From: the human T2T-CHM13v2.0 reference genome, Homo sapiens
Assembly: GCA_009914755.4 (NCBI GenBank)
Contig: CP068257.2
Span: 19,584,001-19,648,000 of the forward strand
Length of the DNA stretch: 64,000 bases
Direction of reading: 5' to 3'
The notes beneath the pieces were generated by a model. It was given only the letters and a program-made list of their open reading frames with translations. It did not search any database and had not been told where the DNA came from. Each line of letters opens with the position of its first letter. Positions within the stretch are counted from its first letter, which is position 1. The translations under genes were made by a program, and so were the position numbers. This document shows, piece after piece, positions 14,001-29,071 of this stretch.

Positions 14001-17000
14001 CATTCATATATAAATTACCAATAAAAAACAGATTACTGACTTGTGAAAAGCAAATATATTAACTTGTTACATTAATATTAACAATCCTATTTATAAAAAC
14101 ATTGAATTAAATATTTTTTAGGTTTTAGAGGAATCAGTTAATAATCATTTTTGAGTTTCAGTTGTACAGCTGTGTTTGAATATTGCTTGAGTTGCCACTT
14201 GATGGCAGTCATGTCTTTGGCATCAGAAGGGCAGTTTGCTTCTCTTCTGGTAAATAGGATTTAGAGTATTTAAAAATACAGCCAATGATCTTAGGAAAAT
14301 TTAACTTGTTATGGGAAAAATAACATCCATTAATAGGACTAATTTTTGCTAGATATGTAAACGTATATTTCATGCATGATTTTTATGTGTAGACATTATT
14401 AAGAAAAAGTTTTCAAAATATTTTAGCTTTTAAAATTATTTTCTGGTGGAATCCCAACATTGCTTTAGTTTTATATGCCATCCTTTCTATCAGTGTCATA
14501 AACTGTAGGAGCAACTCACCCTTGTGCTGTATTTGACCCAGACTTAAAAAAATTCCAGTCTTTTGACATATTTAATTACAAAATGGTTTCCAAATGTTGG
14601 TTCTTGAAGACCTGAAAACTTCCATAGTCTTAAAATTCTGGGAATTTTGCAGAAAATTTCTATATTTCTACTTTTCCTTTAAGATAGAAGAACTTAGTTG
14701 CTTTTCCTGAAATGTTAACTAATTTTCTGATTTTGCACTTTCTATTTTTTAAAAAAATTCTGTTATGTTTGAGAGGTAGTTTTGGGTTTTTTTCTGTGAC
14801 TTCCTTCTGTATTAAGTTTTTATTTTCTACTTGGCAGGAGAAAGAAGATTGATACAAAATTGGCAAGTTCTTCTTTCTTTGTTTTGTTTTGCTTTTAGTT
14901 CTACCTCCCTCTCCAAGACACATTCTTCACAATCAGGATGAAATTTGACTTTTTTGCCTTGGAAACATCCTACTGCTAGCAGCATTAAAAAGATGTTCAA
15001 CCATTCTTCTGTTTCCCATAAAGCTCCAACTTTTACATTTTTCTCAGTTTATGTCATTTAAACTGGAGTTCCCTTACTGATGACCTCTCATAGAATATGA
15101 TTTCATTTTTTTATTTTAATAGTCAAAAATATATGTTTCTTAACTCCTTAGAAGCAATAGAGTATTTTTAATTTGACATGCCATTTTCTCTTCATATAGA
15201 CATTTTAATCAAATTAATTATTGAAATGATCAGCTAATAAGATACTACAAAATTTATATTGTTTAGATAAAAATGATCATATTAAATATTTATTGCTGTC
15301 TGGAAAATGGTACTGAATGCACTTAAATTTCAAAACTTGTTTTAAGGTATATTGTGAGTACAAACGATGTTTTGACATCACCCACTATAGATACAAATAA
15401 CATGTAAAACACAATAAGTTGTATGTCAGCAATGTCTAAAAATGCTGAAATTCAATAACGTGTTTCCCCACGAAAGTAGTAATTTGGGTCATAATATAGT
15501 TTCTCTTTGCTATCTAAGAATATCAATAAAAATTACCATTTTTGTTTGGTCTTAGAATAGAAGTAATAGAGTGAAATCTGGTGATAATATTATATACCAT
15601 TATCAATAGAAATACCTAACTTTTGAAAGAAGTTATAATTTTTATGTCATGTGTGATGGAGAGTCCGTTTATCAGTAGGTATATACAGTACTCTATTTAA
15701 GAGCGTATAAAAGTTCATAATTTTTACATTTACAAGTGCTCAATTGTCATATACTCCAGTGACAAAGAGTGTATTTAAAATACTCACAGAGATTTTACTA
15801 GTATTAGTGTAAGGAAAATTTATTAATATTGGATTGCCACTTAGGTGAAATGTGTGAGGGATATTTCTGCACTATTTTATCTGTCCATTCATTAACAATC
15901 TACAATGCACTAGAGCAGCACCTTGCCCTGGAAGTACTCTAGTTAATGCAGGAGTAAAATAGGAACCCTTCACTCATGAACTTTAAGTCTATAAAAAAAA
16001 AAGTAGTAAATAAATGGATACATATGTACAATGCTAGGAAATATACAAGACACTATGTGAGCACATAATAGATGCATCTTGCTTAGTTTAAAGACAGGAT
16101 CAGTAAGACTCCTTGTAAGAATATATATTAAATATACACTTACATTTTAATTAAATGGAAATATGCATAGGAAAGAATTTAAATTAACTTAGAATGTGTA
16201 TAAACTCTTTTCTTAAGAGAGTGTTGAAGTATCGATTTATTTCCAAATAAACATTTTCTGTGTTAAAGTGCTCAGAGAATAAAAAATGCTGATTTTCAAT
16301 TTTATAATAACTTTATTTAGTGAGGACTTTTCTCATTTGCACATTATCCGTGGTGTGAATCATACATGCGATTGTTTTCCCGGCATTAATGACCTCTTAA
16401 CCCAAGCTTTTCCTCTGAGTTAATGAGTGTCTGGAGCAGAGGGAGCTTTTAAGCAGAGTAGAGGACTCTTGATCCATATGATCATTACCTTACCAGAAAT
16501 GCCTGACCAACAGGTCATTATTGCTGTTACCGTGCTGAGAATTTAAATGAATGATGAATAAATTGTTCAGTAGATTCTTTTTCAATTCAAGTAGATATTT
16601 AGTAATAAGCAAATTGCAGCTAAGGGTATTTTAATTCCATCTTGTACATTTATAGTGCCTACTTTTATAATGGCATAATGTCTGCTATAATATTTTGCAG
16701 TTTTAAAAGTGAAACATTGTAGCAAAATAGTTTTGAAGTTATTTCCATATGTCCATCAGGCAAGTCAGAATAGGGCATGGAATTCAATTATTTAAGCACC
16801 TTTTTTCTTAGGTAATCTTATGGCAGGTACACAGTTAAAACATTAAAAAAAGTGGGGAGAGAGTTAACATGAATTTTAACATGCTTTAGTAAGAAAGATA
16901 TTTTTATAAAAGCTTCATATCTTTGCTTTTTAAAATCAATTCAATTTTTTATAAGAACTTAATGAAATGAGTTACATTTTATATTACAGCTTTTGGCAAG

Positions 17001-18460
17001 GAAGAAGTACTTGAGATTGAAATGTTACAGGAATTTTGCAGGGAAATTTAAGAAATAGTTTTATTTATTTCTTCTCTGATTAAATAATATCAAATTTATT
17101 TGTTATGTAATATATGTAAATTAACGTGACCAGCATTCGAAAAAATATGTAAGTAGGTAAACCTAATCCACTTCATTTTCTCAATTCATTATATTTAATT
17201 GATTAATTACAAAATTCTCCAGAAATACCTAAAATTATAAACTGAAAACGCTATAGTTCAAGTAGTCAATCTATCTTCAAATCAGTTAGGACCTTTTGTA
17301 TTGAATATAACAGAAAATTGAAATAAAAATTTCAATTTGATTTATATAGTGAACAGAATTACTTGACTCATCTAACTGAAATGCATAGAAGCTGTAGATG
17401 AAACTTTATCTAGCACCTCAAACTCAGCAGAAAATTCACTCCTCCATCTGTGCACAATTGTTGACCAATACCCTGAATTCAGATCTCAGCTTATGGGTCA
17501 ATGCCACTAAAGACTCATCCTCAACCCCTGTCTTTACTGAAATCAATCAAGGCCCCTTGTTATATGTCCTCAGAGAACCATCTATTGTCACTATTACTTA
17601 CTGTTAGTATTATTAGTAGTAATATAGTCATTACATTTCATAACCAATTATTTCCTTGGTTGGCATATGAAAGGCATGTAATGTGTACTTACTGAGTTAA
17701 TGAATGCTTGAATGAAGTCAAGCACCCATTACCATTCTTAACTCATGGAATGACCAGGGACATAAATACCCTGAGTAATGTTCCTCTCTCTTGGCCTTGT
17801 TTAGTGCTTGTCATTTCATCTCTGATGAAATTTTACCCTCTATGAAACTTCCCTGATTATCCAAGCAAATAAATAAATAAATAAAGCGCTTCCTATCTAG
17901 GAAATCCCAAGATGTTATCTCTGTCTTTTGACATTGATCATAATCATAAATATAATAGAGTAATTTCTGCTAACTTATAGTTTGAAGAACAAAAATTGTG
18001 TCATTTTTCCCTCTATTCTCCATGGTGGAGAATTCGTTGATATCACAACCATCAATAAATATTTTTAAGTTAATAAACTAAAAGAAAGTTATGTTATCTT
18101 TTATTCAGTGTTGGTTGTTTTAACTGTTTTATAACTATCAGTTTCTTTGTAATTTTTTTTTGCAAATGTGAAAGTAATTTTATGGTGATTTGTGCAGTTA
18201 GTGGTCTGCAAAATTGTATTTAATCAAATTTGTGCAAATTATAACATAAAAGAGTAGCTTCTTTTAAAATAATTATCCTCTGATAAATAATAAATACATT
18301 TTCATTGCATAATAGTCTCCAAATATCCATTCGTAAATAAAGTGAGATAAACTTGGGTCTTTTTATGTTGCCTAGTATTTAATAAACTTTTAGATACCCA
18401 TTAGGTAACTTCATAGGTCCTCTTTCCCATGAGATAGATTCTCAGAGAAATCAGTACATA

Positions 18461-18484
18461 TGTGTGTGTGTGTGTGTGTGTGTG
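18461..18484. repeat. (TG)n microsatellite
   Basis: Direct reading shows about 12 TG units. Confidence 0.95.
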
Positions 18485-19577
18485 CATGCACACGTGTGCA
18501 TTTTACAAATAAAATTTGGAGTCTTCATGCTTTCCCTAATATCCACAATATCACTAGGAACAAAATAATCTTTAAGCACTTTGGCAGAGTTGGACGTTTA
18601 GGATAGAAAACTAGAGTTATGTAGACAATAGTGTTTCATTACAATTCCTCTGTCACATTTGTCTATTTTCAACATTTTTCTGTCTTTTTATTTTCCTTAA
18701 GGCCAAACCTGCTAACGTTAGACTTCTGCTCCTTATTTATGTTTTTATCCCTGCTTTCTCTGCTTTTCAGATCATTAATTACTGATTGATATTTAATCCT
18801 ATTTCTGGAGGCACATGGTTGGCATTTTCATGAGAATGAACAGAAAGAATACAAATATAATCGGCATGACTACCTAATTCCATAATCCTTTCATTAGTCA
18901 GGCATCCCATTTAGTAGAGTATTTAATCCTGCAGAGAGCCCTGAGAAATCAGCTCATATTGTCACTGTGGTTTCAATTTTTTTAAGGTTCCATATCATTA
19001 CCTCTTCTAAGGAAAATTCTACCTAGCTACTTTCTATAATTAGCTCTGTCAGTAGGTAAGATGAAACGTAAAACTCTGGGCAGGTTTAAATATTTTATAG
19101 CAAATTGTAGTATAATTATGAACATTGTGAGTACTATTTTCTCTTTCTGTCATTGGAACTCAGAGATAAAATTTTTATTTTTCTATGAATTAGGAGGAAA
19201 AAATGTTTCTTTAAATGATCTTTTAGCTTACCTTTCAGCCTCAAGATTATGTTTAAATAAAGGATTTATATCCCAGATTAAGAATTTCTATTTCATTTTA
19301 TTTTTCCCTCTTATGAAAGCACATGTTCTATTGGACAGTTGAAGGTTTACTGTTTTTCAAATTAATTTGAGACTTGTCTTTTCAGAAATTTTAGTAAAGG
19401 TAAATTCATTTTCCCATAGCTATATTTCCTAATAAAGGGCATTAATGTAAAAAAAGAAAGCTAATTTCACAAATTATATAGTATAGTTATGGTTTCAGTG
19501 GAATTTCTTAACCAATACTCATATTTAGCATTACTTGGTAGTTTTATACTTGTAAAATGCTGAATTGCATATACTAA

Positions 19578-19946
<369 letters not shown>

Positions 19947-21635
19947 AACAGTATTACTGATTTTAATTTGCCTTAAGAACTGATTATTGGAACAAAAATA
20001 AAAAGCTAATTTGATTTATTTCATTGTTTTCATTTAAAATAATACATACATTTATTTGCTTAGCCAAACAGTATTTATCTAACATTATTCACTGGAAGTT
20101 TGACAGATTGCATTACTTGATCTGGTGAATGAAAATGTATATTCTGAACATGGAAATTACAGAAGCCCAAATATATTATTACATATACAACTCAGAAAAC
20201 AGATAACGTGAAATCATAAAGATGTTCATAACAGTGAACATTTTAGTTTTGGGGGGAAATTAAATTTAAAAATATATTTTTATTTTTAATTAAAGAGAAT
20301 ATGGTGTGCCAATACTCTTTTTCTTCTTAATATTAGTATTTGTTAACTCAGGCCTACATCAGAGCACTTTTCAAAAGAGTTAAAGCATGTAAAAATAGAA
20401 TCACTGGTCATTTCGGTAATAAATATTAGGGCGATTTTCTTTCTTGTAAGTAATAAATTGGCCATTTTCTACCGACATAATCAACTAGAAGTTCAAAGAG
20501 TTGTTTACGTCAATTTCCTGGGGTTGCAAAATGGCAGCTCCTCAAATATGTATTAAAATACTGATGAAGGCTTCAATCACATGGCGTAATCTTCTCAGAG
20601 CAATTCCCCTCAGTGGGTCATTACAGCAGATAATGGAAGCATTTGTAACCTCTAGATACAATTGGACTAAATGAAATTAGATTCCCAATTTCCTTCAGAT
20701 AAGAATATTTCAAAACGTTGTCAGCATTTATTGAGCAATAAACGGGGGGTGGGGTTGACATTGTACAAAGATACACAGAGCTCCCTCATCTCCTTTATCT
20801 TTGCCTCTAGAATGTTTATTCTTTAAATTAAACATTTATGCAAACAGCAAAATCAGATGTTGGGCAAGCCCAATGCTAAAAGGGTTGGCCAGAAATTTTT
20901 CCCTGAGGCATTGGCAACCCATATTAAAAATATATATAAAATGTTTCCGTGTGGAAAGGCAGAGAGCGCCTCCCACCACAGCCATCTTCAGGCAATGCTC
21001 ATCCAAGTAGACATCTAGAGCAGAACATTTTAAAAGGGAAAATATGTGGCGGATGCAGGAGACAGGATGCAAGCAGTCTGATGCCCATCATCTATATATA
21101 GGGTATGGCTCTTTGTAACCAGCAATGTTCATAAAAATTATCTCCCTTTAAAGATATTACCAGGTATTCTGGATAATGGTTCAATGTTAGGGTGATATTA
21201 GTAAAAGTAAGGCTTTCTATTGTTAAACATTGAATTTGAAGGTATTATATACATCACCTAATTATTAAACCCTCCTTTAAAACTTTTAGATGATGTGTTC
21301 ATGGTCATGGAGTTAGTGGCCATTCAGTAATAAATGTAGACACTGATTCCTAAAAGGTGGAATTTTTTTTTTCTCTGCTCTTAAAGCACATTTTATCATA
21401 GTCAGTCTTTTCAAAAACTAATTATGAAGACTGTACCTGGAGGACAGGTAGACTTAAAAGTAAAATTCCCTAATATATAAAATATATACACCTTAAATAC
21501 AGATGGACTAGCATTTTAAAAATTGAGGTTGGGATTCTTTTAAATCTTGTGTCTATATTTATATAAATGCTAATTGTGTTGGGTAATCTCAAGTATGTTT
21601 TTTCCTTCCAAAGGATACTTGGCTCAGGAAAATCA

Positions 21636-21700
21636 ATCTCTTTCTCTTTCTCTGTCTCTCTCCCCCTCTCTTTGTCTCCCTTTATGTTTCTGTCTCTTAA
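21636..21700. repeat. CT-rich low-complexity tract
   Basis: CTCTTTCTCTTTCTCTGTCTCTCTCCCCCTCTCTTTGTCTCCC. Confidence 0.8.
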
Positions 21701-22194
21701 GCTTATACACACATACACAATATGACACCATCATCTACAAAATAATATTATCACCTATCTTCTGTTTCTTCTAGAAGAAGTTGTGTTTGAACTAAACATA
21801 TATTTTTAGTGTTGTAAAATGGCTCTACTGAAGAAATGTTAAGAGCAAGATTTAAACTAAAACTGTTTTAAAAGGGACTATGTCAAATGCCCAACAGATT
21901 TCTTTCAGCCATTTTTGGATTGTCATGTATTCCCATTGGTGGTGGCATACATTCTTAAAAAGTAATGTGCCAAAGCATACCATATTTTCTCAAAATTTTA
22001 TAGAGTTTTAACTACTGAAACATTTGCATGCAAAAATATATTATATAATTTTGCTAAAATGCTAAAAAAAAAAAAAGCAAAAAAAGCTACAATTTTGCAC
22101 AAATTGTTTCTGAGAAAAAAGATGGATTCTTACATAAGATTATTGGATATCCAGCCAAAGGGAAGGCTACGTCAGTTTTCTGTCTCTTTACCAG

Positions 22195-22630
22195 AGAGCC
22201 TCATGGTGTGGTGGAAAAGGCACTTAACCCAGACTCTGGTTCTGACTCCGTCATTAATTACCCACGTTGTCTCTGGAGAAATCCCCTAACTTCTTTGAAT
22301 GACAAATTATTCTTCTGTGAAATTTTGAATTTTCTAATAGTTTATTAATTTTATTTTTATATCTACCATCTCATATTTTTCTCACATCAACCCCAGTGAG
22401 GGATTTGGTGAATCTCCTTGTCCCTTAAAATGACACTGTGACCTGGTTAAGTAAAAATTCTTCAGGATTTATAGTGAATTTAGGCAATTTACTTACCTTC
22501 TGTGTTTCAATTCTCCTCTGAAAACAATGGGGATAATTATATATATCTCACAGGATTTTGAGGATTAATTAATATTTATAAAATGTTTAGAACAGTCTTT
22601 GGGACAAATAAATATTTCAATTATTATTGT
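22195..22630 (+). mobile_element. MIR SINE (ancient, diverged)
   Basis: The core region AGGCAATTTACTTACCTTCTGTGTTTCAATTCTCCTCTGAAAACAATGGGGATAATTATATATATCTCACAGGATTTTGAGGATTAATTAATATTTATAAAATGTTTAGAACAGTCTTTGGGACAAATAAATATTTCAATTATTATTG resembles the MIR consensus core and 3' part. The 5' tRNA-like part is weaker. Confidence 0.45.
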
Positions 22631-24169
22631 TGATGGTGTTTTAAGAACATCATTATTGTTAGCAGTATCATGTTATAGTTAAAATTGCTTGGACCTTATA
22701 TGACAATATCTTATATGACAATATCATAGTGATTTGATGGAAGCAAACTATATATGGCATCTGAATGTATCTTGAAGACTATAATATTCTCCATTTGTAA
22801 AGTGTGATTTATAAATTCAGCATACAATAGTATATGATGCAAACACTTTCAATTAAAAACAAAAAGTTTTTGGACATTTAGAATGTCAAGAAAAGAACAA
22901 TGACAACAAAAAAATGGCTTTTTAAAAATATATTGTTCTTTTGGAAATTATTTCTACTCATTGACCTTAAAAAAAGATAAGTTCCTGATGATTTATCAAT
23001 GAAAAAAATCCTTGTCTAAATTATTCTAAATGAGAAAAACATACAGTATTTTCACAGTTTATATAGGCTGGGTCTTTTTACATTAAATTCTAAGTTCTCC
23101 TTTGAATTATATAGCATATAAATTGTTAACTTCTGTATTTTATAAATTATGGAATTAAATGCATATAAGCTATTTAACTTGGACAAGCTCATTGAAAATA
23201 TGTGATGGAGTTCAGGCTGTAGCCCAGATTTATTCAGTGTAAATCACATGTGCTTTACCCCACTGCAGTAGGGCAGATGGTGAAGAGGGGTCTAATGGCA
23301 AGCAGTCTAGGAAACCTTGCCAACTCCATTCATGTGAAGGAACCGCCAGGTTGTAAAGGGCTTATTCCAGGTAAATTAAATAACAGAAACCAAGGCTCTG
23401 TTTTTTTTTTTATTAATAACATAATCTGTAGTTTGGTACAAAAGGCTGCATACTTCTGAGTTCCATGTTGACCAGTGTCTGCATAGAGAACATTTTGGTT
23501 TTGATCGATAAAATTTGATGGTGAGTGTTCAAAAACTGTCATTATTTGGTTAGCTTCTACACTAATTGATAGTACAAGTAGGAAGAAAAAATATTGCTCA
23601 TTATAAAAATTGGCTCTAGCTAGAAATATATTTTGAAAGCTTGCAGACTAATAATCAAGTAAAAATTCAGAAAATATTAAAATAGTGGATCTCAGAATAA
23701 GAATGTGGAAAGTAAATCATTCATTCAGTCAGCCATTACACTAAAATTGTCAAATACCTATTAAATTTCTGGAATTACATTAAGTGGTGAAATACAAATT
23801 TGATATATACAAAGTACATCGACAAATGTTTACCAGTTCTTTGTTACTAAAAAAGAAAACCTCCCTATTGTCTGTATTTTTAATTTAACTTTTTATCTTT
23901 CAAAAATATTTTAATTGACAAATAATTGTATATATTTGTGTGATACAACGTAATGCTTTGATATATGTGTACATAGTGGAATTATTAAATGAAGCTAATT
24001 AGCAAGTCCATCACTTAACATACTTATTTTTTTGTAGTGAAAACATTTAAAATCTACTTTTTAAAACAATTTTGAAATATGCAATGCATTCTTATTTATC
24101 ATAGTCATTCTGTACAATAGATTGATAAAGCTTATTCCTCATATCTAACTGAAACCTTTTTATCCTTTT

Positions 24170-24500
24170 AGCAACATCTCCTCGTTTCCCAATCACCTGT
24201 GTTTCTATAACTCTGGTCATCTCCATTCTGTTCTCTACTTCTATGGGTTCACTTTCTAAGATTCTAGGTGTCAGTGAGATCCTGCCGTAGTAGTCTTTCT
24301 GTGCCTGGCTTATTAGCATTATGGCCTCTAGCTTTATCTCTGTTGTTGGAAATAACAGAATTTCCTTCCTTTTCAGCTGAATAGTATTCCATTGTGTATA
24401 TAAGACCACATTGTCTTTATCCATCTATCTGATGATGGACACTTAGTTTGTTTCCATATCTTAACTAATGTGAATCATACTGCAATGAATGAATATCTTT
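24170..24500 (-). mobile_element. old L1 (L1M-type) ORF2 3'-region fragment, minus orientation
   Basis: GTGCCTGGCTTATTAGCATTATGGCCTCTAGCTTTATCTCTGTTGTTGGAAATAACAGAATTTCCTTCCTTTTCAGCTGAATAGTATTCCATTGTGTATATAAGACCACATTGTCTTTATCCATCTATCTGATGATGGACACTTAGTTTGTTTCCATATCTTAACTAATGTGAATCATACTGCAATGAATGAATATC matches the reverse complement of the L1 ORF2 C-terminal region in an older-subfamily flavour. Confidence 0.55.
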
Positions 24501-26264
24501 TTGGCATCATGTTATCCATTTCTTTGTTATTTGTTCTTAACATTTAAGTAGGAGGAAAAGCTTTTGGAATTGCTATGAAGGGAAAGAGGTATATGGGAAA
24601 TGCATCAAAGCAGAAATGACAATAGCAGGAGAAATTATTGAAGAAAACATATAGGGAAAGATAATTATTCTCTGTGTATTTTGGACTCTCTTATTTCAAA
24701 AAATAAAACCAGATGAACTTTCAGCTAAGGTTTCATAAATAATTAAATTAATAATTCATACATAGAATGTAGAGATGAAGCAGGGAATCTTAAAAGAGAC
24801 ACAGAAAACCCATAGGGCAAAATACTTCCAACGTTTTAAGAGCCAAAGAAATAATATAATGTCAGTGCAGGCAGCAGTTGCATGAAACTCAGAGGTTTCA
24901 GTATTGTCCCAGAGGTTCAGTATTTCTATTAATAAAGAGCAAAAGTCTTACAACTATGGGAAGAAATAATTTAGAATGCATAGATATGTTCTCAGGCCAT
25001 CTGAGAATGAGAGTTACACCTTGAAAAAAGTCATAAAATACTATTACATTTTTTGTAGGGGAAATATTATAGCTCATAAAGTTTAGCAGAGGTTCAGTTA
25101 TTACTGATTGAAATGTGTTCGGTGCTATATTACCCTTTTTGGGGTTTTGGGTTTTAAGAAGTACAGACATGCTTGGGCTAACCAGTTGATGAAAATTTAT
25201 TTTACAGTTAAGAGATGTCGAGAAGGAAGCCTTCAAAGCTGTTGCCCATATTGCAGTTGGCTGACTTTGGCTTTGGTTATGACACCTGGTTCTGATAGTT
25301 GTGCCCATGGTGGCATGCCCACCATCACATGACTATCTAGCTTAAGAAACCTGAGACTATTCCTCTAAAAAGAAGTCTAGGCCACTCAAATGCTGCTTAG
25401 AAGATGGACGTGTTCCATGGCTTCCAAATCCATATTGCATCCACTAGAACAGGTCCTAAAGCTCACACACATCTGGGAGCCTTATGATGGAAAGAATAGA
25501 TAGAGGGTTGTATCGGTCCTATTCAAGGAAGGTCCTGTTCAAGGAAAGTAAGATAGAGTTGATCTTTAACATAATAAAAATATGAGGAAGATAAACAGCC
25601 ATGATTCTAGTTACTGTATGCCCATAAGGATCACCTGGAGAATGCTTTGTAATGATTATATTTGTTCCCTTTAATTATGAGTCAGTAGATCAGGGAATAG
25701 GACCCAAGCATGGGTAAATTTTAAGAGCTTCCAGTGTAATCTAATGTATAACCAGAGGTGATATCCATTGGTCCAGTTTAGGAAGGATGTTTGTTTGTCT
25801 AAGTAACTGTAATAATGTGAGGCTGATTTAGGTTGGTGGCAAGTCCTTGAACAAGGAACACAGGCCATCCTCTTTTATTCATCTCCTAAAAGTTTTGACT
25901 AGCTAGCCAAAAGAATAAAACCCCTTTACTATAAAAGGAAACCTTTTGTTGCTCCCAAGAAGAAAAGAAAAAAATAGAAGTAACAAGAATGTCAAAACCC
26001 GTAGTAACTGGAAATGTTTATTTAGTATAAATTTGATGAATTGTAGTCAAATACAGTACACAATTTATGCATATTCTAATAAACCCATCATAAACTCTCA
26101 GGTACCTTGGTGCCTTTCCTTCTTAAAAGAATATGAAATTTTGTTATTGATAATACGAAGTTTTCACCCAAAAATTACCTTAAATAATTTTGTTTTTATT
26201 TGAATTTATCATATACGTTGTATATTAAATGCCAAAATTATATATAAGCCACAGTTAAAAAACA

Positions 26265-26563
26265 GGCCGAGTGCGGTGGCTCATGCCTGTAATCCCAGCA
26301 CTTTGGGAGGCTGAGGCAGTTGGATCACGAGGTCAAGAGATCGAGACCATCCTGGCCAACTTGATGAAACCCTGTCTCTACTAAAAATACAGAAATTAGC
26401 CGGGAGTGGTGGCAGGTGCCTGTAATCCCAGGTACTCAGGAGTCTGAGGCAGGAGAATCACTTGAACCTGGGAGGCGGAGGTTGCAGTGAGCCGAGATCG
26501 CGCCACTGCACTCCTACCTGGGGACAGAGTGAGACTCTGTCTAAAAAAAAAAAAAAAAAAAAA
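26265..26563 (+). mobile_element. Alu SINE (AluS/Y-like) with a ~21-nt poly(A)
   Basis: GGCCGAGTGCGGTGGCTCATGCCTGTAATCCCAGCACTTTGGGAGGCTGAGGCAG ... GACAGAGTGAGACTCTGTCTAAAAAAAAAAAAAAAAAAAAA. Confidence 0.92.
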
Positions 26564-27469
26564 GGACATACGGTATTACAGCACTTCAATGTGATATCTG
26601 TTAACTTCATTGAATATCTGTTTTCCCAACTGCTTCCTTGAATTGAAACTGTAACACACAGAACCAGAAGTCCGAATTCTTCAAATCAAGATAGACATAA
26701 AATAACCAGTATTCAAGGGGGTATACACACTCCAAGGACTGATGTGAGGACTGAGAGTGTTGAGAGACATCTGGGATCACTCCTTACACATTTCTTCATT
26801 TTTCTATGTGGCGGCCGTACCATTCATCACCACTACATTTTATGCACATGCATTCCTCCAAGCTTTTGCTATTGTGTTTGCATAGGTACCTTTTTTTCTC
26901 TATATCACTCATTCTTCATTCAGAGGTCAACTATTATCAACTTCTCTGTATGCTACACTCGCCATTTCCATGCGTCAGATAATTAATGGCTAACTCCCTT
27001 GTAATTCCACAAACTTTTCTGTCTTACCACATTCTATGTTCATATGTGAGTGATTGCATATGTGTTCGACCCTTCTTTTGTTTTGTTTGTAAGTTGCTTG
27101 ATAACATGGGCATCACTTTTCCTTTTGGCATAAGCATCAGTTTTCGCTGTCCTTGGATGTACATGGGAAGTTGTTTTCTCACACAGACAGAAAAGTAATG
27201 GCATCCACCTGCAGTGGCCAGACGTGTCCACTCAGGAAGATTGTCAGGAAGACCCATGAAGATAATGTGGGTCAAGGTATCTCCTTCTTTGGACCCAAAT
27301 TGCCCGAGATTGCCTCTTTAAACATGTGCCTAAATATTTCACTGCACTGATTCCCCAAAATCATGTTGTAAACACCAAAGTTCATAAACTGTTTGTTTCA
27401 TAATTTTATTTCTCAGATACTTTTTCCTAAAACCCTCAGTTACATTATTTCTTTCTTTCTTCCCTGAGG

Positions 27470-27635
27470 GAGAGGAAGTTAGGTGGATGGTAGATGATAG
27501 ATAGGGAGATGGTAGAGAGATAAATGGCAGATGGTTAGTGAGAGAGATAAGGAAGATAAGGAGGATAAGGAAGAGAAGGAAGGAAGGTAAGTAGGTAGAT
27601 AGGTTAGATATGTGTTGATAGACAGTAGATATGGT
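27470..27635. repeat. purine-rich (GGAA/GATA/GAGA) simple-repeat tract
   Basis: GATGGTAGATGATAGATAGGGAGATGGTAGAGAGATAAATGG ... GATAAGGAAGATAAGGAGGATAAGGAAGAGAAGGAAGGAAGG. The minus-strand ORF 27479..27700, rich in SLS/LPTYLP, is an artefact of this tract. Confidence 0.85.
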
Positions 27636-28740
27636 TTTAAAATATGTCCATAAATTTTGGATACCTGTCTTTTCAAGTTAGGAAGTCTAATTTCCTCCAC
27701 TTTGGTGTGGATTGTACTTAATGACTTACTTCTGACAAATAAATTATAGCTAAAATGACAGCGTACTACTTTGAAGACTAGTGATAAAAGGTACTGAGCC
27801 TTTTCCTCCCTTGCTGTCTCTTGGATCCCTCAACTTTGGGGAAGTTATCTGCCATGCCACTCAACCAGCCCATGAAGAGTCTCATGGGAATTGAGGTTTC
27901 TTACTGCCAGTCATGTAAGTGAGTGATCTGGGAAGTGAACTGTCCAAATGATATCCTGACTGCAAGCTCATGAGCTTATAAGATCCTAGCCAAAACCACT
28001 CAGCTAAGCCACTCCTGAGTTCTCGATCTCGGTAAACTATGAGGTAAATATTTGTTGTTTTAGGTGATTATTTTTGGGGTAATTTGATAGCAGAAATAGA
28101 TAATATAGTGGATGAGAGACAAATTGATAGATGATAAATCAGAGAGAAGTAGAAAAATTAAAATATACCAATATATTTGCATACAAAGAGATATGTTATT
28201 ACAGAAATATGTTTGAAAATTCAAAAACGTATGTAATAATAAAGTGATAGTTGTTATTTTATGTAAATTAATTTTGCCACAAATTTGAGGTTTTGGTAGT
28301 AACAAATTGCATATAAATCTGTGAGCTTTTATTCTCTATTTCATCTTTATTGCAGTTTCTAGATATTCTTAATAATCACATTGATTGAAAATAAGCAAAA
28401 TAAATCCATGAAAAGTTATCTGTTCAATGTAATTTTCTCACTCTCAATATTTGGTTCAAATTTTAAATTTAAACATGCATTTTTGAAACTTTTCAGAAAA
28501 CTGTCAATTATATTTTTCTATCTTCTGAAGTACCGTGGCTGTAAATGTACTGTATGGATGGGAAGACTAAGGCAACATAGCTAGTGAGTGGCTAGTATGT
28601 AAATTATGGGCTAGCATGTGAATTATTGAACTTGCACTTTATCTTGAATAATAGCATTTAACCTACTGGGTAAACAGCTTCCCATTGCACTGTCTCTGTA
28701 GTCTGTCTCATAGAGTTTAATATGTTTAAAAAAAAAATTA

Positions 28741-29071
<331 letters not shown>

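Noticed and set aside
20930-21080. A locally GC-richer patch (..GGAAAGGCAGAGAGCGCCTCCCACCACAGCCATCTTCAGGCAATGCTCATCC..) that could be taken for a promoter or CpG island.
   Set aside because: It contains only a couple of CpG dinucleotides, has no TATA or initiator arrangement that I can defend, and has no downstream exon. Conserved-element status cannot be judged from a single sequence.
24898-25308. The longest ORF outside a recognisable repeat, 136 aa on the minus strand.
   Set aside because: No homology is recognisable, there is no start or splice context, it is antisense to the host gene in deep intron, and it is followed by sequence (25440-25850) containing a common old-repeat motif (..GATCACCTGGAGAATGCTTTGTAATG..). 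Its length is within chance expectation for a 64 kb window read in 6 frames.
27479-27700. A 73-aa minus-strand ORF rich in LPTYLPSFSSLSSLSSLSLSL.
   Set aside because: It is a translation artefact of the purine-rich GGAA/GATA simple repeat.
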